From contig JACQVI010000221.1 in the NCBI GenBank assembly GCA_016209795.1, positions 1 to 51,654 on the forward strand: 51,654 bases of DNA, written 5' to 3'. Under the pieces are notes generated by a model. The model saw only the letters and a program-made list of their open reading frames with translations, searched no databases and was not told the origin of the DNA. Both the position numbers and the translations under genes were made by a program. This DNA is from Ignavibacteriota bacterium. Lineage in GTDB: Bacteria > Bacteroidota > Ignavibacteria > UBA10030 > SZUA-254. The stretch's first letter is position 1. Every line of letters begins with the position of its first letter. Shown here piece after piece: positions 19,501 through 28,928 of this stretch.

Positions 19501-22500
19501 TTGCCGCGCGATATTCGTACATCGCCGGATAAAAACTGGGCTGCCGTTATGCGGTATATCTCTTCTAGCGCAGGCAACATTATCGATCAAAATATCCAGT
19601 ACCTCGAACTCTGGATGAAAGCCTCTAGTCTTGATAGCCTTGACTTGCGTCGTGGGCGATTGTATGTCAATTTAGGTCGAATCAGCGAAGATGTCATCAC
19701 CGATCCATCAGGAAAATTACATTCTGAAGATTTGGTTGTCATCCAAATTCCAAACGGTGTGTTGAATCCCGGTGAAGATGTTGGGTTGGATATGCTTTCG
19801 GACGCGCAAGAACTGGTTGATCCAACAATTCAAACATTTCTTGAAAGTCCATTGAATGCAGGAGATCCTGATGTTGACCGGACAGATCCGAGTGGAGATA
19901 ATTGGTTTTCCTCAGGGTTTACTGATTATAGCGGTAGAAACGGGACTGAAGCCAATGGGACAGCAGATGAAGGACGCTTGCCTGATACCGAGGACCTGAA
20001 CGGTGATGGCGAAGTCAACACCACTAATTCATATCTGGAATACGAAATTCCTCTCGATAGTCTTTACACAACCTCACTCAATGTAGATACTGTCAATACC
20101 TACATTGTTGGTGGTGGGATCAACAGGAATAAGTGGTATCAATATCGAATTCCACTTGTTCTGCCGGCAAGAATTGTTGGAGCACCATCAGCACAAGCTG
20201 TGTTGCAGAATGTCCAGTATGTGCGTTTATGGGTCTCAGGGTTCAGTCAACCGGTGAGTATCCGCATTGCTGAAATAAATCTCGTCGGTAATCAGTGGCA
20301 AGAGCTCTTGAAGAATGACTCAATCATGAAAGTTACTGTTGTCAATATAGAGGATAATCCTGAGTACGCTGCAGATCGACCACCCGGCGTTATTCGTGAA
20401 CGAGATCGCACACAGCCTGATCAAATTATTGAGGGCAATGAACAATCGCTTGCACTTGTCCTCAACTCTCCCGGATTGCAGTCGGGAAATTCTCGTCAGG
20501 CAGTCAAGTACTTCACTGCGAGACCTCTTGATCTTTTTAACTACAAGTCGATGAAAATGTTAGTACACGGTGATTCAAAGTTCATCTATTTTGGACCGGA
20601 CAATTATGATGCAGAAATTTTCATTCGCTTCGGTGCCGACACTGTGAACTTTTATGAGTATCGGCAGCCACTCCATCCGGGGTGGTACCGTGCAGGTAGT
20701 GGAGATCTCAATGAGATTAACATTAATTTTGAGGAATTGACCGCTGTAAAAGCGACTCGACTCGACTCTTTGAACAGATTTGATACTGTCGTTGCGCCAA
20801 GTGGACCGCCCGGAGCAAAGTATGGTGTTCGAGGTAATCCATCCTTGCGACAGATCCGTTACATCGGAATCGGTATCACGAGTAGAGCACAACGTCCTCT
20901 GACGGGAGAGGTATGGGTGAATGAACTCCGTCTTGTTGATGTCGATAATTCATCGGGCATTGCATATCGAGTCAGCACTGATGTGAAGTTAGCGGATATT
21001 GGAGCCGTTGGATTTAATTATGCACAGACTGACCCGAATTTTCATGCCCTTGATCAGCGATTCGGCAGTCGCAACACAACAATTAACTGGGCTGTCAATA
21101 CAAGCTTTGCGCTCGATCGTTTTTTGCCGTCAATCTGGCAGGGCACCTCGATTCCGATCGGATATAGCCATAGAGAAAATATTGTACAACCAAAATATCT
21201 TCCTAACACTGATATTGTTGTCGAAGAGGCAGCAGGTCGTGCCGCGCTCGTCAGTCCTCAGGATGCAACGAGGGTGAGAACAGAAGCACAAACACTTGGC
21301 GTGAGTGATTCGTACTCTGTGTCGAATTTCAAGATTGTTCCTCCAATAAAAGCATGGTATGTCAGGGACACATTTAGCAAACTCTCGTTCGGATTTAACT
21401 ATGCGAAGTCAAGTGCTCGTGATCCCTCGTTTGCCGAGAGAAGAAACTGGTCGTGGAATTTTAAGGCGAACTATGGTGTCTCGCTTCCAACAGACTACTA
21501 CATTCAACCGTTCAAAAAACTTTTTGGTGGAGTGTTCATTCTGAAAGAGTTTAAAGACTGGAAGTTCTATTATGTTCCGTTCACGAATCTGTCAGGTAGT
21601 TTAACGGGACAACGGTCTCGTACATTTGAAGTACCTCGAGCGAAGAATAGTGTGCCACGAGATACGCGCGGTTTCGGTGCAACCAAATCTTTTGGATTGG
21701 GCTGGAAGTTAACCGAAGGTGGACTCACGAACCTCTCGGGCAATTATGATCTTTCAATCGATCGCAACTTACTGAGCTTGGATACCGATTCTTCGGGACG
21801 TGATTTCTTTTCGATTGTGAAGACAATGCTCTTCAAAGGTAGAGATAGCCGATATGGCCAGCGCGTCACGATTAATTCGAAGCCGAGAATTTTCAACATT
21901 CTCGGTATCGAGAAGTACCTGGACCTTTCGATGAATTACGGTGTAAGTTATGGGTGGCAGAATGCCTTTCAACAGGGTGATATCGGGAAGAGTGCAGGTT
22001 GGGATAACTCCATCAAAATGGACTTGAGTCTCAGGTTGAAGTCGTTGACGGATCCCTGGTTCCAGTTCAAGGAAGAACCTCAACAACCCAAGGCACCTCA
22101 AGAGAAAAAAGATAAAGATACCACAAAAAGTAAAGAGACAGGTGGTAAAAAGAAATCACAAGATATTCTTACTCCTCTCAAGACGATAGGCAAAGTGTTC
22201 ATTAAAATTCCATTTCTTGATTATGAGACGATTTCAATCGGTTTTGAACAGAGGAATCGATCAGGGAATAGTGGAGTGGTAGGCACAACAGGATTCTTAA
22301 ATTTTTGGGGACGGCTGCCGTTTCAAGGCTCAAGTATAGAGTACGGTCCATCGCGTCTCTACCAGTTGGGCTTGATCAGTGATCCCTCAGGAGAATTGCG
22401 GTACTCGCCAAAGTCGAGCTTTCCATTCATTGGTTGGGAGACGATCCGCGGACGGCGCGCCCCGAATGCTTCCCTTTCCGATCAATTCTCTCAATCCAAT

Positions 22501-23490
22501 AACATTACGTTACGAACAAATCGACCGTTGTGGCAGGGAGCTACGTTGGATGTTAACTGGAAAGTGGGATGGCAATTCAGTAAAACAACCACACTACGGA
22601 CAGACAATCTGGGCAATCCTACACCCGGAACAATAACGACCAGTGGAAGCGTCGAGCGGTCTTTTCTTACGCTTCCACCGGTGTTGTTCCTTACAGTCTT
22701 CAAGAGTAACCTCGAGGATGTTGGAAAAAAATTCGACAAAAAGATTGAAGAAGGAGAACCTGTAAGCTCTGCACTTGCTGAGTCCTTTGAGGAAGGCTTG
22801 GAAGCGCTGCCGATTCTTAACAAGGTTTTTGGACAATTTGTGCCGCGCCCGAACTGGACACTACGCTGGGATGGGATCGAGAGAATTGCCGGAATAAAAT
22901 CGTTTATTCAGCGGATGTCTTTGGAACATAGCTACAATTCCAGTTTCCGTCGTGATTTTCGAGGAGATCCATTACTCGGTGAACAGACGACGTCGGAACG
23001 CGTCTCGTATGGGTTTTCTCCCCTTGCAGCAATCAATGTCACATTTAAAGATATGCTGAAAGGGCATCTCGACGGAAATGTTCGTTTTAACTCCACAACG
23101 ACCTATGACTTGAATGTCACAGCACAAAACATTGGCGAAACATTTTCCCAGGAGATAGCGCTTTCCTTACGATATTCGCGTCGGGGGTTTTCATTCCCGA
23201 TCTTTGGGTTGAATCTCTCAAACGATGTTGATGTGAGTTTAACCCTCTCTCGCACGAAGAACTCCAGACGGACACACTACCCCCGAACACTTGCAACAGA
23301 TCAAGATGGAGTTCCACTGGAAGGCAGTACACGCACACAGATTGAACCTCGTATTCAGTATGTGTTGAGTACACGGGTAAGAGCAGCATTGTTCTATCGC
23401 TATACGAAAGTCGCTCCCGATGAAGGCGGTTCGCGCATTTTCGGTACCACGACGAACGAAGCAGGTCTTGATATTCATATCTCGATCTAA
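16468..23490 (+). CDS. sprA: T9SS outer-membrane translocon SprA (Sov)
   Basis: 2340-aa ORF, the size and composition of a giant beta-barrel. Blocks such as NISGGVDIRGAFRRQQSD, DFKQDVQIRVDGKIGDKLDIGADWNTQRTFEFENQLKIKYTG and LFGIKTHMQMGPLKLTSLLSQKKG match my memory of SprA family sequences. porU/porV/porX lie in the same window. The 5' end is uncertain: the first ~20 codons overlap the leader hairpin and are Cys-rich. The in-frame GTG at 16531 is a plausible start before the hydrophobic CIVWLGCLIVGVFF segment. Confidence 0.85.
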   Translation: MRNCKSCDYCFFIEHRIDIINVALFHQHSQGYSSCKCTCVLSCLRCIVWLGCLIVGVFFRHPSLNAQQQPSPPPWPGLADDTTKVDTSRNLFPSPFPFDVDTSDTSSRRLIDSLQRGRDSLLFPHEFEDSLRSGADTSVEEDTIQTWEVYLDSTVRVEQFVHRRYDAPVVNIYPPINYSLYLNIKSPAYKRELQLDSTGKLVTIRETVNGLDVKVPLVLPLEEYIRLRLEQEKQTTWRSFANEYTSQQTKDALGGLLSSLTKIEIPVPANPLLSIFGKPTINLNISGGVDIRGAFRRQQSDQVTFSALDRVRNEPDFKQDVQIRVDGKIGDKLDIGADWNTQRTFEFENQLKIKYTGYEDEIVQTVEAGNVSLQTPSLVGGGQALFGIKTHMQMGPLKLTSLLSQKKGQSREITVSGGSQQSEHGIYPYGYSKSYYFVDTLYRKYWEVFHSGQIPRTSSEIEATQIVRIDVWVSRTGTLPDPSERQADAYIDLPARSVAQPFSPGDTAGLSQELGRYETGRFIRLDPAKDYKFTGNQAYGGYIILNTNVTEEQVIAVSYRIAGPDRTGGTEDDLVYGSLTEEDTISGGRLVFKLIKPRFLEKNPNYKPAWDLWLKNVYAIGGRDLKKEGFDFRIIRRTNGPEAEDLFGHNLLRVFGLDRFNQENAEIPDGEFDFIPGTTVDIERAEIIFPTLRPFDSTIVGYFRTLPQPIDVPDSLLFSDVYDTTQQAAQNNTIKNNYTIKVTSSTAQTSRYNLGFNVVEGSVQVLLNGSPLVPNVDYTVDYIVGEVILRKPEALAPGANVQVKYEQNDLFQLASKTLIGARGEMDPFPNTKLGFTVMNLNQATLSDKVRIGEEPTNNLIMGIDGSTAFNAPFLTDAIDALPFYRTKEMSTIKFGGEVAYILPDPNTKKSTVASDRGASIAYIDDFEGARRTIPLPINFSGWRLASPPADGVPDTVKYRRARFNWYNRLPSDVLSKDIWPDRDVRRGSEYVTVLNLDYDPNRRGPYNFSPNLPRDIRTSPDKNWAAVMRYISSSAGNIIDQNIQYLELWMKASSLDSLDLRRGRLYVNLGRISEDVITDPSGKLHSEDLVVIQIPNGVLNPGEDVGLDMLSDAQELVDPTIQTFLESPLNAGDPDVDRTDPSGDNWFSSGFTDYSGRNGTEANGTADEGRLPDTEDLNGDGEVNTTNSYLEYEIPLDSLYTTSLNVDTVNTYIVGGGINRNKWYQYRIPLVLPARIVGAPSAQAVLQNVQYVRLWVSGFSQPVSIRIAEINLVGNQWQELLKNDSIMKVTVVNIEDNPEYAADRPPGVIRERDRTQPDQIIEGNEQSLALVLNSPGLQSGNSRQAVKYFTARPLDLFNYKSMKMLVHGDSKFIYFGPDNYDAEIFIRFGADTVNFYEYRQPLHPGWYRAGSGDLNEININFEELTAVKATRLDSLNRFDTVVAPSGPPGAKYGVRGNPSLRQIRYIGIGITSRAQRPLTGEVWVNELRLVDVDNSSGIAYRVSTDVKLADIGAVGFNYAQTDPNFHALDQRFGSRNTTINWAVNTSFALDRFLPSIWQGTSIPIGYSHRENIVQPKYLPNTDIVVEEAAGRAALVSPQDATRVRTEAQTLGVSDSYSVSNFKIVPPIKAWYVRDTFSKLSFGFNYAKSSARDPSFAERRNWSWNFKANYGVSLPTDYYIQPFKKLFGGVFILKEFKDWKFYYVPFTNLSGSLTGQRSRTFEVPRAKNSVPRDTRGFGATKSFGLGWKLTEGGLTNLSGNYDLSIDRNLLSLDTDSSGRDFFSIVKTMLFKGRDSRYGQRVTINSKPRIFNILGIEKYLDLSMNYGVSYGWQNAFQQGDIGKSAGWDNSIKMDLSLRLKSLTDPWFQFKEEPQQPKAPQEKKDKDTTKSKETGGKKKSQDILTPLKTIGKVFIKIPFLDYETISIGFEQRNRSGNSGVVGTTGFLNFWGRLPFQGSSIEYGPSRLYQLGLISDPSGELRYSPKSSFPFIGWETIRGRRAPNASLSDQFSQSNNITLRTNRPLWQGATLDVNWKVGWQFSKTTTLRTDNLGNPTPGTITTSGSVERSFLTLPPVLFLTVFKSNLEDVGKKFDKKIEEGEPVSSALAESFEEGLEALPILNKVFGQFVPRPNWTLRWDGIERIAGIKSFIQRMSLEHSYNSSFRRDFRGDPLLGEQTTSERVSYGFSPLAAINVTFKDMLKGHLDGNVRFNSTTTYDLNVTAQNIGETFSQEIALSLRYSRRGFSFPIFGLNLSNDVDVSLTLSRTKNSRRTHYPRTLATDQDGVPLEGSTRTQIEPRIQYVLSTRVRAALFYRYTKVAPDEGGSRIFGTTTNEAGLDIHISI

Positions 23491-23549
23491 CCATGCTCTC
23501 TTGATTGATTCTCTATGATGAAATAATTATTTTAAGAATGAGGTGAATT

Positions 23550-25127
23550 GTGGATATTATGACTTCGATAAAAGGAAGAATTCTGTGGGTTGATGATGAA
23601 ATTGAGCTACTTCGCTCGCACATCCTTTTTCTTTCAGAAAGGGGGTATGCTGTTGAAACAGCAACCAACGGCGAAGATGCTCTTGAGATGGTCAAGACGA
23701 AAGCCTTTGATCTTGTCTTCCTTGATGAAATGATGGCAGGCATGGGTGGGCTGAAGACACTTTCAAAGATCAAAGATTCACGCCCGGAACTTCCCGTTAT
23801 CATGATCACAAAGAGTGAAGACGAAGGGTTGATGGAAGAAGCCATTGGTGTGAAGATCAGCGACTATCTGACGAAACCGGTTAATCCCAGCCAGGTCCTT
23901 CTTGCCTGCAAGAAGTTTCTGGAAGGTAAGAAGATCACCAGTGAGCAAGCCTCCCGTGATTATATCAAGGAATTCAACGAAATCTCCCTTGCTCTTCAAG
24001 GACAACTCACTACTGGTGACTGGACAACCATTTACACGAAACTAGTTGATTGGCAGTTAGAGATGGATCAGCTTCCTGAGTTGGGCCTCAAGCAGACACT
24101 CAACGATCAGATTCGGGAGTGTAACGTCCAGTTTTGTAAATTCATTGAACGTCATTATCGCCACTGGCTTGAGCAAAAAGATCGGCACCCACTCTCAGTT
24201 GATGTTGTAGATCGCTACCTCATTCCCGAGCTTAAGGCAAACAACAAATCGGTTTTCTTTTTTGTGATCGATTGTCTTCGCCTGGATCAATGGATGACGT
24301 TGGAAATGATTCTGCGGGAGTATTTTACTATCACACGGGACTATTACTATTCGATTCTTCCGACAGCGACACCATACTCTCGCAATGCAATCTTTAGCGG
24401 TGCGTGGCCCGAAGAGATCGAGGTGCGCTTTCCCGAAATCTGGGAACAGTGGGAAGATGACGATAATAGCCGTAATCGCTATGAACACCAATTTCTAGAC
24501 AACTTGCTCGAGCGTCGTAAGATTCAACTCAAGCCCGATTCAAAGTATGTGAAAATTCTCGATGCTGAGTTTGGACGTTCTATTGAGCAAAACATCCTGT
24601 CATACGCGAAGAATCGTCTCACAGCTATTGTTGTCAATTTTGTTGATATGCTTGCCCATGGTAGATCAGATTCCCAAATCCTCAAGGAGATTGCACCGGA
24701 TGAATCTGCCTATCGTTCTCTGACGAAGTCGTGGTTTATGCACTCATCGCTCTTCAACATGCTTCGTTCCCTTTCGCGAGAGAAGAACGTTACAATTATT
24801 CTTACGACTGATCACGGTAGTATTCGCAGTCTGCGCAGTGCTAAGGTCATCGCTGATCGCGAAGCATCGCCAAATCTTCGCTATAAATTTGGTAGAAATC
24901 TCAGGTGCGATGAGCGCTATGCAGTCTTTGTAAAAAATCCAAAAGATTTTCGGTTGCCCAAACGCAGCGTCACGATTAACTATCTCATCGCAAAAGAGGA
25001 TTTCTATTTTGTGTATCCGACCGACTACCATAAGTACGAAGCGCAATACCGTGATAGTTTCCAACACGGTGGCATTTCGATGGAAGAGATGATCCTGCCA
25101 GTGGTGAAACTTGAACCTAAGGTATGA
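23550..25127 (+). CDS. porX: T9SS response regulator PorX (CheY-like receiver + PglZ/alkaline-phosphatase-like domain)
   Basis: Receiver: ILWVDDEIELLRS...FDLVFLDEMMAGMGG...ITKSEDE...DYLTKP. PglZ-like: FFFVIDCLRLDQW, LPTATPYSRNAIFSG, VVNFVDMLAHG, LTTDHGS. 525 aa. GTG at 23550 or ATG at 23559. Confidence 0.8.
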   Translation: MDIMTSIKGRILWVDDEIELLRSHILFLSERGYAVETATNGEDALEMVKTKAFDLVFLDEMMAGMGGLKTLSKIKDSRPELPVIMITKSEDEGLMEEAIGVKISDYLTKPVNPSQVLLACKKFLEGKKITSEQASRDYIKEFNEISLALQGQLTTGDWTTIYTKLVDWQLEMDQLPELGLKQTLNDQIRECNVQFCKFIERHYRHWLEQKDRHPLSVDVVDRYLIPELKANNKSVFFFVIDCLRLDQWMTLEMILREYFTITRDYYYSILPTATPYSRNAIFSGAWPEEIEVRFPEIWEQWEDDDNSRNRYEHQFLDNLLERRKIQLKPDSKYVKILDAEFGRSIEQNILSYAKNRLTAIVVNFVDMLAHGRSDSQILKEIAPDESAYRSLTKSWFMHSSLFNMLRSLSREKNVTIILTTDHGSIRSLRSAKVIADREASPNLRYKFGRNLRCDERYAVFVKNPKDFRLPKRSVTINYLIAKEDFYFVYPTDYHKYEAQYRDSFQHGGISMEEMILPVVKLEPKV

Positions 25128-25564
25128 GCCAAACGTTCAAAACATGTAGCGAAGAGGAAACTATCGAACGAGGCGTTGAGTTTGCTCGGCAACTTCAGCG
25201 AGGTGATGTTGTTGCGCTCACTGGTGATCTTGGAACGGGAAAGACACGCTTCATCCAAGGCATCTGCAAGGGGCTTGGTGTTCAAGAGCATGTTGCTAGT
25301 CCGACATTCACCATCGTAAATCAGTATGATGCTCATGGCATTATCGTGTACCATTGTGATTTCTATCGCGTACATTCAGTCGCTGACATTCGAGACGTGG
25401 GTTTTGAGGAATACGTTTCGAGCGGTGGTATCTGTTTGATCGAATGGGCAGAGAAGGCTCACCAATTGTTACCAGCTCAGCGATACGATGTCCACTTGCG
25501 TCTCGGGAACGATGAACAGATAAGAGAGATTACAATCGAGAAAATTGTGGAGGTTGAAGTGTGA
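25124..25564 (+). CDS. tsaE: tRNA t6A37 biosynthesis ATPase TsaE
   Basis: 146 aa. P-loop GDLGTGKT, then SPTFTIVNQY and LIEWAEK, typical of the TsaE/YjeE family. ATGA overlap with porX. Confidence 0.85.
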   Translation: MSQTFKTCSEEETIERGVEFARQLQRGDVVALTGDLGTGKTRFIQGICKGLGVQEHVASPTFTIVNQYDAHGIIVYHCDFYRVHSVADIRDVGFEEYVSSGGICLIEWAEKAHQLLPAQRYDVHLRLGNDEQIREITIEKIVEVEV

Positions 25565-26289
25565 AAGTTCTTGCCATCGAAACCGCTACGGCAGTGTGTG
25601 CAACTGCACTCGTCGATTCTGGAAAAGTTGTCGTTGAGCGATCGATTGTTGCTCCACACATTCATTCCGAGAAGCTGATAATGCTCGTTGATGAAGCACT
25701 CGCAAGAGCAAAACAAGATTTAAGCACACTCGATGGGATTGCGGTTTCCATCGGTTCTGGCTCCTTCACGGGGCTTCGGATTGGGTTGAGTGTGGCAAAA
25801 GGACTTGCGTATGCAACAGACATGCCACTTGTTGCGGTCCCGACACTTGAAGCGTTGGCATGGAATGTTGTACGATATCATTACGCTCAACAGTATGACT
25901 ATATCATCCCGATGATCGATGCTCGGAGACATGACGTCTATTGTGCTATCTATCGCTTTCGGAACAATACGTTCGAAGAAGTGCTTACTTCTCATCTAAC
26001 GCTTCTCAATCAACTTCATGAGTTTATTCCAGAACGAGGACGCATTGTTATTGTGGGCGATGGAGTTGTGAAGCTTATGCAATACATTCAGAAAGCTCAA
26101 CCTCCGTTTGCATCACGCATCGCCATTCTGCCTGAACATGTACATCGTTGTAGTGCATCATCCGTTGGACTGTTGGGTGAACAGCAACTTCTGTGCGGGA
26201 AAATTCCCGACCTTACTTCCCTCGAACCCCTCTACGTGAAAGACTTTTATACACTGCTGAAAACACAACACCCACAGGTGAACTTGTAA
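25561..26289 (+). CDS. tsaB: tRNA t6A37 biosynthesis protein TsaB
   Basis: [17 protein letters not shown] and [23 protein letters not shown] are TsaB/YeaZ hallmarks. GTGA overlap with tsaE. Confidence 0.85.
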   Translation: MKVLAIETATAVCATALVDSGKVVVERSIVAPHIHSEKLIMLVDEALARAKQDLSTLDGIAVSIGSGSFTGLRIGLSVAKGLAYATDMPLVAVPTLEALAWNVVRYHYAQQYDYIIPMIDARRHDVYCAIYRFRNNTFEEVLTSHLTLLNQLHEFIPERGRIVIVGDGVVKLMQYIQKAQPPFASRIAILPEHVHRCSASSVGLLGEQQLLCGKIPDLTSLEPLYVKDFYTLLKTQHPQVNL

Positions 26290-27131
26290 TGGCATGGTTC
26301 AGGCGATCAAAAGCGAGTATTGAGACTGTTCCGCAGCGCAAAGAAACTCCCGATGGGATGTGGTCAAAATGCGATGGCTGTGGTGAGATCATTCACCGTA
26401 AGCAGCTTGAACTGCAATTCTTTACCTGTATTAAATGCAATTACCATTTCCGAATAGGCAGTAAGGAGTATCTTACAATACTTGTTGACGAAGGAAGCTT
26501 CAAGGAAATGGATCGTAAGATGCGATCCACGGATATGCTGGATTTCAAAGATACCAAGCAGTATCGTGATCGTATTAAGGATTCTATTCGCAAGACGGGA
26601 TTGAATGATGCTGTGCGAACAGGCTTGGGCAAAATCAACGGGATTGAAGTTGTTGTGGGTGCGATGGATTTTAGTTTCATTGGTGGGAGTATGGGTTCCG
26701 TCGTTGGCGAAAAAGTTGCACGTGCAATTGATAAAGCGAGGAAATCAAAGCGACCGCTGATCATCGTCTCTTCCAGCGGGGGAGCGCGGATGATGGAAGG
26801 TGCTCTCTCCCTGATGCAGCTTGCTAAGACAAGCGCACGTCTTGCCCAGCTTTCCGATGCTGAGATCCCGTATATTTCTGTGATGACAGATCCGACAACC
26901 GGTGGTGTCACTGCCAGCTATGCAATGCTCGGTGACATTAACATCGCTGAACCTGGGGCACTCATTGGATTTGCCGGTCCGCGCGTCATCAAACAGACGA
27001 TTGGCAAAGATTTACCAGAAGGCTTCCAGCGCGCTGAGTTTCAGCTTGAGCATGGTTTTGTGGATATGGTGGTTCACCGTAAGGAGATGAAGGAGACGAT
27101 TACGAAGCTGTTGAGGTTGATATGGGAATGA
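26289..27131 (+). CDS. accD: Acetyl-CoA carboxylase carboxyltransferase beta subunit
   Basis: MAWFRRSK start at 26289 (TAATG overlap with tsaB). Zn-ribbon [13 protein letters not shown]...[28 protein letters not shown] and GFAGPRVI motifs. The track start at 26193 is a read-through extension overlapping tsaB. Confidence 0.9.
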   Translation: MAWFRRSKASIETVPQRKETPDGMWSKCDGCGEIIHRKQLELQFFTCIKCNYHFRIGSKEYLTILVDEGSFKEMDRKMRSTDMLDFKDTKQYRDRIKDSIRKTGLNDAVRTGLGKINGIEVVVGAMDFSFIGGSMGSVVGEKVARAIDKARKSKRPLIIVSSSGGARMMEGALSLMQLAKTSARLAQLSDAEIPYISVMTDPTTGGVTASYAMLGDINIAEPGALIGFAGPRVIKQTIGKDLPEGFQRAEFQLEHGFVDMVVHRKEMKETITKLLRLIWE

Positions 27132-27994
27132 TAAGAAATATGAATAGAAAAAGTATGATCTGTTTGATAGTGTTTGCTGAATTAGCATTTTCACAAGACT
27201 TGCCCTTTTTTCCCCTTCACGTAGGTGACAGATGGACATATAGGAGTCCATGGGGAGATTCACTTTTTATTTCAATAGAGCAAGAAACTGTTTTGACAAA
27301 CAATCTACGATATTTTAAGACGCGTGGTTTTTTACCTGAATATATTCGATCTGAAGGTTCAATTGTCTATTTTCGTTCTGATAGTTCTGATTATAAATAT
27401 TTCGATTTTACTGCTAGTCCTGGCGATACATTCATGAGATCGCTGACAATATATGGTGACACTCTTATACGGGGATTATGTTGCACTGATAGTTTAACAA
27501 TTTTTCAACAAAGGAAGAAAATATGGTATTTTTATCAGGATTTAATTGGATACTACGACGTTATTAGTTTTGAAGACGTTGCTGAGGGCATTGGTATAGC
27601 TGCTATTACATTTTACCCAGCAGGTAATGAATATCGATATACTCTTCGGAGGGCGATTATTAACGGTGTCGAGTTTTCTGAACCTACATCAGTAGAACAC
27701 AATGACGTTATAGGATTCATGGAATATCGACTTACTCAAAACTATCCCAATCCCTTTAACCTACAAACAACCATAACATACGAGTTGCCACAGAAAAGTC
27801 TTGTTTCTTTGAGGATTTTTAATATCTTAGGAGACGAAATGATGACATTAGTGAATGAAATTCAGGAAGCTGGGCAGAAACAAGTGAGTTTTCGTGGTAC
27901 TTCTCTTTCTACGGGTGTCTATTATTATCGGATCGTTGCATTGAGTGCTGATCATTCGTTTGTAAGAACTCGCAGAATGATCTTGCTTAAATAA
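27122..27994 (+). CDS. Small secreted protein with T9SS C-terminal sorting domain, function unknown
   Basis: Signal-like [20 protein letters not shown]-terminus [40 protein letters not shown]...[10 protein letters not shown]. Visibly more AT-rich than both neighbours. Several candidate ATG starts between 27122 and 27155. Confidence 0.7.
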   Translation: MGMIRNMNRKSMICLIVFAELAFSQDLPFFPLHVGDRWTYRSPWGDSLFISIEQETVLTNNLRYFKTRGFLPEYIRSEGSIVYFRSDSSDYKYFDFTASPGDTFMRSLTIYGDTLIRGLCCTDSLTIFQQRKKIWYFYQDLIGYYDVISFEDVAEGIGIAAITFYPAGNEYRYTLRRAIINGVEFSEPTSVEHNDVIGFMEYRLTQNYPNPFNLQTTITYELPQKSLVSLRIFNILGDEMMTLVNEIQEAGQKQVSFRGTSLSTGVYYYRIVALSADHSFVRTRRMILLK

Positions 27995-28902
27995 TGATGC
28001 ACATTTACATCATGGGTGTACCGATGGATTTAGGCGCAGGACGGCGTGGTGTCGACATGGGTCCATCGGCTATCCGTATTGCAGGCATAGGTGATCGGCT
28101 CAGAGAGTTAGGCTACAAAGTGATTGATGAAGGTGATCTCACGATTAAAACACAGGAGGAACAACGCATCAAGGATCCTCATGCCAAGTATCTCCCAGAG
28201 ATTACACGTGTTGTGAAAATTCTTGCCAGAAAAGTAGAACGCATTGTGCATCATAATCACTTTCCTCTTGTTCTAGGAGGTGATCACTCCGTTGCTATAG
28301 GTACGATCAGCGGCATTGCAGCACAAGCGAGAAAGAAACGTAAAAAGCTTGGGGTATTCTGGATCGATGCGCATGGTGATTTCAATACGCCGGAGAGTTC
28401 TCCATCAGGAAATATCCATGGAATGCCGCTCGCTGTATGTGTGGGATTGGGTCCGCGCCCACTGCGGTCAGTGGCAGGATCGTTTCGCAAAGTTGAGCCA
28501 GAAAATGTTGCCATCGTCGGATTGCGGACACTTGATGGAGGCGAGCGTGAGAATATTAAGAAATTTGGCGTCAAGATATTCACAATGGAAGAAATTGATA
28601 AATATGGGATTCATCGTATTATGAGGCGAGCATTTGAACAAATCGCTGAGAAGGTAGATTACCTTCACGTCAGCTTCGATCTCGATAGCGTTGATCCTGT
28701 GTATGCACCCGGTGTCGGAACACCGGTTAAGGGCGGACTTGATTACCGTGAAGCACATCTCATTATGGAAATGCTTGCGGAATCGAAGCGGATGACGTCG
28801 CTGGAAATTGTCGAGGTCAATCCAATTGTTGATAATCGAAACCAATCGGCGGAGTTCGCCGTAGAGTTAGTGCAGTCGGCGTTTGGTAAGAAAATCTTAT
28901 AA
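27994..28902 (+). CDS. rocF: Arginase (ureohydrolase family)
   Basis: IMGVPMDLGAGRRGVDMGPSAIR, GGDHSVAIGTISG, WIDAHGDFNTPESSPSGNIHGMPLA and SFDLDSVDP. The SPSGNIHGMP block favours arginase over agmatinase or formimidoylglutamase. Confidence 0.85.
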   Translation: MMHIYIMGVPMDLGAGRRGVDMGPSAIRIAGIGDRLRELGYKVIDEGDLTIKTQEEQRIKDPHAKYLPEITRVVKILARKVERIVHHNHFPLVLGGDHSVAIGTISGIAAQARKKRKKLGVFWIDAHGDFNTPESSPSGNIHGMPLAVCVGLGPRPLRSVAGSFRKVEPENVAIVGLRTLDGGERENIKKFGVKIFTMEEIDKYGIHRIMRRAFEQIAEKVDYLHVSFDLDSVDPVYAPGVGTPVKGGLDYREAHLIMEMLAESKRMTSLEIVEVNPIVDNRNQSAEFAVELVQSAFGKKIL

Positions 28903-28928
28903 TCTATGTTCAATGTGAGGAAAATGGT

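Noticed and set aside
23513-23845. 110-aa minus-strand ORF overlapping the porX 5' end
   Set aside because: It is antisense to the well-conserved receiver domain of porX and gives a Ser/Ile-rich low-complexity peptide.
26193-26288. N-terminal extensions in the ORF track (accD from 26193; likewise porV from 4341, exbD from 29534, the OmpA-like gene from 30722, the 39019 gene from 38962, batC from 47745)
   Set aside because: In each case the extension overlaps the preceding gene or promoter and precedes an internal ATG. That ATG gives a canonical N-terminus or signal peptide and a typical 1-4 nt stop/start overlap or Shine-Dalgarno-like site.
26441-26911. 156-aa minus-strand ORF inside accD
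   Set aside because: It is antisense to a highly conserved accD core (GGSMG, SSGGARM), so it is a shadow ORF.
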